From Octopus sinensis (Eukaryota), in the NCBI RefSeq assembly GCF_006345805.1, contig NC_043020.1, positions 4,464,001-4,528,000 of the forward strand: a DNA stretch of 64,000 nucleotides, in the 5' to 3' direction. The translations under genes were made by a program, and so were the position numbers. Of the stretch, positions 51,317 through 60,637 are shown piece after piece. The notes below the pieces were generated by a model that was given only the letters and a program-made list of their open reading frames with translations, ran no database searches and was not told the origin of the DNA. Position 1 is the stretch's first letter; each line of letters starts with the position of its first letter.

Positions 51317-54300
51317 GTTTGTAACAATAAATCTCTGAGCAAGTTGTAAACAGCTGCACAACATTGTGAAGTATATTTTCCACCTAAATGTGGCTAACGC
51401 TTAAGGGTCGATGCTACTGTATCTTGTAACCCCAGGAAGACATCTCCTCCAGCTGGCTATTGACACACTATCTGTGCCCTATCAGTATTTACAAAGGGAA
51501 GTCATTGTTCCCATCTCCAGCCTGATGTGATACACACGGTCCCGAGTTTCTGGGTATTGACCCATCATCAGCGTGTGACAACCACCGGTTGGCGATGGGA
51601 AGTGGTTCTCAATGCAAATATATATACTTTTTCCAACGACGAAAAATCACTGATCTTGAAAAAGTGGAAACAAGCAATAATAAATCTCTGAGCGAGTTAT
51701 AAACAGTAGCTGTAGGTAAAGAATATTTGCCAAGTTGGCAAATAATCTTTATTCACTGTTCTCCTGTTAAAAATTTTATAGAACTTACGGCTACTTTGAA
51801 AATATTTAGAAATTAGTTTCAAGAATTCCCTACCTATATTTGTTTATACGGCAATATTAAATTCTGGATGAAACCACAAAACTTTCCTAGTTCTAATTCT
51901 ACATGGTCTATTATTGCTAGAATTAGTCTGACTATACTGGATCTTCTCCAAGAATCCACTGTTCCTTAATGCATTATTATAATGCGGTTGGGCATTTTGA
52001 AATGTTGTCTCACCTGAAGATATGAAGGATATGCACCTTCCTATATTACTAACTAGGTTCTTAAAAATTAAGGGTGGATGATTTGATTCTTTATTAATAT
52101 AAAATAGCTTTTCATTGGGCCTACCGTACAGTTTAAATTTAATTGCAAATATAAGGTAATATCTAAACAAAATATATGTTATTAAGGTTACTTTCTGTCG
52201 TAATCCGTAAGCCAATTCTTTGTAAGAAAGTAATCAGATTCTTCCTAAGTTTATCTAACTCATGGCCGTTTAAATTACAGTTGACTATAAGACAGTTATC
52301 CCTGTATAGTCCTGTATTTATAAAAGGGAATTCTAGATGCATATATACATGTATATATCATCATCATTATCATCGTTATTTAATGTCTGTTTTCCAAGGT
52401 AGCATGGGTTGGATGGCTTGACTGAGGACTGGCAAGCCAGAACGCTGTACCAGGCTCCAATCTGATCTGGCAAAGTTTCTACAGCTGGATGCCCTTCCTA
52501 ATGTCAACCACTCTGAGAGTGTAGTGGTTAGTGCATGGGTTTCCCTCTTTTTACAAGAAAAGCAAGGCCAGTACATTTGAGGAATGCAGCCAGGTTGAGG
52601 ACTTGTTAGCAAAGATCAAAAGTGATCAGGCTACTGGTTCTATTTGTTTCAGTGGCTATATCATTCCAATATTTTACCTTAGAATGTGTGGGTTAAATGG
52701 GTATCCTGGTAATGCAGCAAACAATATTTGTCTACAAGGGCAGATGAAGTCACAATGATTTCCTTTTCTGGTGACAGGAGGCTACAGTTCAACTTAAAAA
52801 GGGCAGAACTGAAACAAATATTTCCTTTAATATTTTAACATTCTGTCAACTCACTGTCTTCAAAGGATATTTAATTTATTGACCATAGAAGTATGAAAGG
52901 CAGAGTTGACCTAGGTGGGTTTTGAACTGGAATAAATACAAGGCATTTATCCACTGTTCTGGCTTTATCAGTCTGAAACCTCTCCCACAAATACGCCGTT
53001 AGATTGTTTATTCCTGTGAGTTATGAGTTCATAGGCATGGACATAGTAACACATGTATGTGGTTAAGAAATTTGCTTTATAACCTCTTGGTTCAATCCCA
53101 CCCCACAACACTCAAGGTAAGTGTCTTCTATCATGACTTTATGTTGATCAATATATTCTTAGTGAAATTTAATAGACAGAAATTCTGTGCAACATCTCTT
53201 GTATGTGTGCATCTTTGTTTGTGTGCATGTGCACACATTGTGAAAGTACATGGTCTGATGTTTAAGGTATTGATCTTCTGATTATAATATTGAGGGATTT
53301 ATTCCTGGACTGAATGGCATATTGTGTCTGTGGATAAGGTACATCACTTCTGTTATTCCAACTGAAAATAAGCTATGTCTGCTGGAGAGTGGTGCCTCTG
53401 CAGACTATTAGACCAAAATCTTGAAGATACAGGATGTTAGCATACCTTAATAGCTAAAGCACACTGGATGATGATGTGTGTACCTGTAAAAGAAATGTAT
53501 ATCATTGAGAAACAGCTGATAAATTGATGTATCAAACAAAAATATATTTGGTAGTGTTTAGGCTTTCCTATCCTTTTGTCACCATCTGTTATACAACAAT
53601 AGAACTATTGGAAACTCATGATTATTGATACTGGCATTCATTAATGTTTGAAATCATCATCATCATCGTTTAGCGTCCGCTTTCCATGCTAGCATGGGTT
53701 GGACGGTTCAACTGGGGTCTGGGAAGCCAGAAGGCTGCACCAGGCCCAGTCTGATCTGGCAGTGTTTCTACGGCTGGATGCCCTTCCTAACGCCAACCAC
53801 TCCGTGAGTGTAGTGGGTGCTTTTTACATGCCACCGGCACAGGTGCCAGACGAGTCTGGCAAACAGCCATGATCGGATGGTGCTTTTTACGTGCCACCAG
53901 CACGGGGGCCAGGTGAGGCTGAAAATAAATATATTGAGAAATGAAGGAAGAGAACAAAGGGTAGGTGGTATTCTGAAGTCTTGTTGTGAATAAATTCCCT
54001 AATTCTAGTGGAATGATAAAAAACATGCAATCTATGATAAAAAGTGGTTTGTGAAGTGAGGACATACATCTATAGAAACTATTGAAATAATGTTAGATAC
54101 AACAACAGATTTTAATTCAAAATTTATGAAAACAAGAAATTTGTACAACAGAGCCAGAAGTGGTTTCAGCCGAGTTGGTATCAAAAGAGTTAACAAATAA
54201 GTTTTCTTCTTTTTAAAAAGAACAACTGGTATATTATATTAATGAATAATTTTGTCTATGTGTGTCTATGTGTATAATTACCTGTATTTTTAAGTACCTT

Positions 54301-57300
54301 AAGAGAAAAGTTGGACCTGAGAAGCATCAGATGTGGCGTGCGAGAGAGACGACTGTGCTGGTATGGTCATGTGGCGAGAATGGATGAGGACAGCTGTGTG
54401 AAAAAGTATCACATCCTAGCAGTTGAAGGAACCTGTGGAAGAGGTAGACCCAGGAAGACCTGGGATGAGGTGGTGAAGCATGACCTTCGAACATTGGGCC
54501 TCATCGAGGCAATGACTAGTGACTAGGACCTTAGGAAATATGCTGTGCTTGAGAAGACTTGGCAAGCCCAGTGAGACCATAACCTCGTGGCCTATGTCAG
54601 GGGGTGTAACCAACCTACTTATGCGTAACTTTCTTTCATTGGACACTAAATTCTGCTTGCGAAGACTTGTGGAGGCAAGTGAAATCGAAATCAAATTCGA
54701 TGACTGGCATCCGTGCTAGTGGAGTGCTAAGAGTACCATCCGAGCATGATCATTGCCAGAGCAGCAGACTGGCCTCTGTGCCGGTGGCACATAAAAAGCA
54801 CCATTTGAGCGTGATCGTTACCTGTATTGCCGTGCTGGCACCTGTGCTGGTGGCATGTGAAAAAACATTTGAGAGGGTCGTTGCCAGTGCTGCTGGACTG
54901 GCTCCTGTGCAGGTGGCACATGAAAAGCACTATTTGAGCTTGGTCGTTGCTAGTACTGCCTGACTGGCCCACATGCTGGTGGCATGCAAAAGCACCCACT
55001 ACACTCTCGGAGTGGTTGGCATTAGGAAGGGCATCCAGCTGTAGAAACTCTGCCAGATCAGATTGGAGCCTGGTGCAGCCATCTGGTTCGCCAGACCTCA
55101 GTCAAATCGTCCAACTCATGCTAGCATGGAAAGCGGACGTTAAATGATGATGAGGATTTTAAGATGACTTAAGGATCTGTAGCTAAGCGGTTTTGAAGAT
55201 TGAAACCTGAAAATTGTAATAAATAGAAGTTTTGAATTCACAGCCTGTTTTAGTGGATATCATTATTGTCATCATCATTTTTACACCTTATCTTTCTATG
55301 CTACCATTGGTGTGAGGAGACTTGTTAAAGAACAGCCTCACCATTCCTCAGAATGTTTCAATTGAAAGATAAAGATACACATATAATGGGATAAACAGTA
55401 AGATTAACTTTGAACCATATAGCCATGCTTGTATCTAGCACATGTAAAATTATATGAAACTTCAAGAGGCTCAGTGTCTGGCCTTGGCTGATCAGACTGT
55501 AATGTGGGAGAAGACTGCAGAAAGTAAAACACTTTGTATTCTTATTGGATAAGATCTGAGGGAGTTTGACTGCTATTACTGGCAGTTATGTTGCAGTTTC
55601 TTTGATTGCTCATATTTAAATTATTAGACTTTTGCATTTTTACTGAGATTATCTCTGGTTCGGAGTATGCTAATCAAAAAATTGTGTGTTCATATATTTG
55701 TTTCTGTGAATGCATTTAATTCTCTTTTATTACCTTCTCTCTCTGTCTCTTTTTTTTTTTATCAGGTTTGCTGGTATTTTTTAGTCTTTTTGCCATTAAA
55801 TATGAAGCCAGTGTCTTAATACAAACTATTGACAATATCCAAGCAAAGTAAGTATTCACTCTGTTTGTACCATCTTTTTCCTTTTCTCCCTCCACACACC
55901 CATACATTCCAATTTCTCCCTCCCTTCACTGATAGCTACAGCAATTGGCATCACCTGAGCAACATCTCCCTTTTTTTTCAAATTGAGGTTTTACAGTTTT
56001 TTTCTTGTAAACAATACAATGTAGTGTTTGTCTGAATGCAGATTGTGGTGATCTTATTAACACATGCTGTTCTTACTCCCAACACTTGCTGTAGTGTTCT
56101 CAACATATTGTAACATGTTTTTTAGAAAACATCCTGTAGTTTTCATCTCAATACATTTATCTGTAACATTTGTCTAAACACACACACACACACATACATT
56201 TATTATTTTACTTTTTCTATGTTAGCACAAGTTAGATAGTTAAAAAAATTATTGAAGTAATGTTTTACAACTGGATGCCATTCCATGTTTCTATCTTTTA
56301 CCAAATAAGACATCTCTTGTTTCACACATCTTCAAAGGCACCAAGCGTGTAATTTGTTAACAAAGGAAGGGATAACAACAACACAGTTCACAGTGAATGA
56401 CTTATGTAGATCCCAAATGGAAACACACACACACAACCATCATCATCATCACCATTTAACATCTGTTTTCCATGCTAGCATCAGTTGGATGGCTTGACAG
56501 GAGCTGGTGAGTGTAGGGGCTGCACCAGGTTCCATACTTTCTTTTTGGCTTAATTTCTACAGCTGGATACCCTTTCGATTGCCAACCACTCCACAGACTG
56601 TCCTGGGTACTTTTTAGTGGCACCATCACCTGTGCCGTTTACATGACACCAGCACCAGTGCTTTTTATGTGGCACTGTCACCATTGCTTTTTACATGGTG
56701 CCATCACTAGTTCACAGGTACCATTAACGTGGCACCAGTACCGGTGCTTTTTACATAGCACTGTGGTTTTAGGATATCAGTTCTGTTATAGAGGACAAGG
56801 CTTCTTGAGTACAGTAATGCACCATATATCTTGGTACTTTGTCATCTTCTTTGTAATGCTAAGCATTTTCAGATTGGCATTCCCATGTGTTTTGTCCCAT
56901 GTTTTCCTGGCTTCCCTCTTCCACAACTTCTATCTACTTATCTATTTACATCACATTACCAAACTAGCAGTCTTCTCTCATGCACATTACAACTAATTCC
57001 TCTTATGTTTAACTTTTCTCTAAATACAGTTGCATTCTGTTGTACACTGACATTGCACATCCAGCAGCACATACCAAATTTGTGACTCTCTAATCTCCAC
57101 ATGTCCTCAGCATTCAGCCTCAGTCCCACTATTATGATATATGAATCAACCTAGCCAAAACCAAAGTCCTAATAAGTAGGAAGGTAGACCAATCAGGTAG
57201 ATGGCCCTGCTCGATCTGTAAAAAAGGTGTAGGTAGAAACTCTATAAGGTGCACCAAGTGTAAGCTATGGACACATAAGAGGTGCAGCAATGTCAAAGGA

Positions 57301-60300
57301 AGGCTAACTAGGAAAATAGTTTCTGTCTGTGGCAGATGCTCAGGAGCAATAAACACTGAAAATGTGCAGAGACCAACTTCTACCACGTTCCAGGGAGAAA
57401 AACTAGAAGTAGTTGATAGCTTCCGCTACCTAGGTGACCAAGTCAGTAGCGGTGGTGGGTGTGCTGAAAGTGTAATTGCTAGAGTAAGAATTGTCTGGGC
57501 AAAGTTTAGAGAGCTCTTACCCCTGCTGGTGACAAAAGGCCTCTCGCTCAGAGTAAAAGGCAGACTGTATGATGCATGTGTACGTACAGCCATGCTACAT
57601 GAAACATGGGCTGTGACTGCTGAGGATATGCGTAAGCTCGCAAGAAATGAAGCCAGTATGCTCTGATGGATGTGTAATGTCAGTGTTCATAATCGACAGA
57701 GTGTAAGTACCGTGAGAGAAAAGTTGGACCTAAGAAGCATCAGTTGTGGTGTGCAAGAGAGACGTTTGCGCTGGTATGGTCATGTGACGAGAATGGCTGA
57801 AGATAGTTGTGTGCAAAAGTGCCTCACCCTAGCAGTTGAGGGAACCTGTCGAAGAGGTAGACCCAGGAAAACCTGGGACGAGTTGGTGAAGCATGACCTT
57901 CGAACTTTAGGTCTCACCAAGGAAATGACTAGAGACCGAGACCTATGGAAGTATGCTGTGCGTGAGAAGACCCGGCAAGACTAGTGAGACCGTAACCCGT
58001 GGCCTCTACCTGGTATGTAGCCAGTCGACTTATACATACCTTTCCTTCTTGGGACACAAAAACTCCACTTGTGAAGACCCGTTGAGGCAAGTGAAAATCA
58101 AAATCAAACCAAATCAAATCAGATAGAAAGCAGAACCAAAATCGAAGTCGATCAACATCAATGGAAATTGCAGCTGTGATACCAGTGCCGGTGACAAGTA
58201 AGCGAACCATCCGATCGTGGCTGTTGCCAGCGCCGCCCCGACTGGCCTCTGTGCCGGTGGCACGTGAAAAGCACCATCCGTTCGTGGCCGTTGCCAGCTT
58301 CGCCTGGCCCCCATGCCAGTAGCACGTAAAAAGCACCATCCGTCCGTGGCCGCTTGGCACCTGTGGCACGTAAAAAGCACCCACTACACTCACGGAGTAG
58401 TTGGCGTTAGGAAGGGCATCCATCCGTAGAAACACTGCCAGATCAGACTGGGCCTGATGCAGCCTTCTGGCTTCACAGACCCCAGTTGAACCGTCCAACC
58501 CATGCTAGCATAGAAAGCGGACGCTAAATGATGATGATGATATATATATATATATATATATATAATTCATAGATGAGAATCAGATATTCTTCATATAGAA
58601 TACACCTAGTAGTGCTCAAAAGGTTTAAACTTGAGTGGATACAGGAGTAGATGTAAAGATAAGCAAGTTAGGCTGGTCAATATACAAAGAATATTTAATA
58701 TATTAAATACAAAAAATGCAAAAGATGTATATATGTTTACATACAAAAAGGTCTGACTTGCACAGATTAGAAATATCAAGAATTAATGAAGTTGAAGAAA
58801 AGTGTTACAAATCCAACAGCTGTTTCTGGGAGCTCGGTGGTCCAAAACAATGATTGTAGATTGATTCCATCATCAGGTGAGATGAGCTTCCGTCTTCAGG
58901 GAACAAATGTTACATTTGAACACCTCAAACGTATCATATGCCTGCAGTGCACTGATGACACTACAGCAAAAGTTTTCCTTGTTAAGGATGATGATGAAGC
59001 GCCACCTTTCCAGCTGCTTTCTCCACTTTTGCCGAACCACTTGTGATACTGTCCATCCATTGTGTTCTTTGCTGGCCTCTTAATCTAATGCCTACTACTC
59101 TTTCCATTATAAGGTTTCCCAAACCTTTACTTCTTTGAATATGGCCATAACAGAAGAGCTTTTGTTTTCTCACAATGTTCAGGAATGGTAGTCTTTCACC
59201 TACTTTTTGCAACACCCATTCATTGTCTGATAATCCTTGAAAGAGACTTGTAACATTCTCCTATATACTCACATTTCAAACGCATTGATTATATTCTTTC
59301 CAAATTTGTTCAGAGTCCATGCTTTGTAGCCATAAATACATCTGGGCCAAATCACTTGTCTTGTTTTTAACTCGGGACAGTTTTTCTGGTGACAGAATTG
59401 TTGAAGTATCTTGGGTTCCAATTCAACCTGTTTGAGCTCTTTCAGGGCCCGGTTTGAAGTTAATGTCTACTTTCTCTTTTCTTACTACAATCACTTTTCT
59501 TATGGTTGAGATAAAGACTGTACATATTTGATACTTTCTTCACTCTGTCATTTCTTGTAGTCTAGCTTCAGTCTTGGCAAGTAGAACAGCTTTGTCTGCC
59601 TACTTTATTATATTAGAAATATACAAGTGATGTGTTTTGATGGCCATCTTCTTCCTCTATTGCCTCTCTTACTCTCCACTCAGTGTAAATGTTGAACAAG
59701 CATGAAGAAAGAAGAATACAGCCCTGATGAACTCCTTTCTCAGTTTTCAACTTTCCTCTCTTCTCATTATTTACTCAGATTCAGGACTTTTGCTGAATGA
59801 AGAGTTGCTTGATGAGCCTAATGAGGTATTTTGGAATATGGCTATAGTTTGCATAGTCAAAGACCTTTCTGTAATCAATTTAGCAAAAGGAAGTTGTGTG
59901 CTCTAGTTTTTTCTAAAATTGCTTGGAGATAATGCAGATGATTTCTTGTGCCACATCTACTCGTCCAGCCTGCCTATTCTTTAGCTGATTTTTTATTGAT
60001 TAAAAGTAGTTCACTTGCATGTGGTACCAGAGTGACTGTTCAATAATTCTCACACATAAACAGGTCTCCCCCTTTTGTGTATAGGTACATATTCTACTCT
60101 GCACCAATCTGGCAGCCACACTTCCTCTCTCCAGATCTTTCAGCAGAGGTTATAGAGTATTGTTTTGGAACTCTCCTGTAACCTTGATCATTTCAATTGG
60201 TACTGCAGCTAAACCTGGTGCTTTCCCATTTTTAAAAATATTTTCCAGAGCTCTTTCTACCTCTTTTTTTTGCTCATACCCTAAATTTTTGTCAACCATG

Positions 60301-60582
60301 GCAACCCTTGGATCACTTTCATACAATTTCTTGGTGTATTCTAACCATCTTTGCTTTACCGGTTGTGCTACTGTTAGGACTATTCTCTCTTGATACTCAG
60401 TGTCTTTGTAGTATGTTCTCTTTTGAGTTCCTTCACCTGTTGGAAACGAGTTGTTGGGTTTTGCTTGTTCTTTTAGATTTTCACATAAATTAGTTATGTA
60501 ATTGTCTCACAATGGGACTGAACCCAAACCACAAACATCTTGTAGCACCAGCACTGGTGCTTTTTACATATCCGTTTGAAGC

Positions 60583-60637
<55 letters not shown>

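Noticed and set aside
51052-51383. Several His/Ile/Tyr/Thr- or Cys/Val-rich ORFs
   Set aside because: Translations of TA/TG microsatellites, not proteins.
54720-55000. Regularly spaced repeats resembling a CRISPR array
   Set aside because: Eukaryotic locus; spacers are mutually similar; these are tandem units in the RTE 3' UTR.
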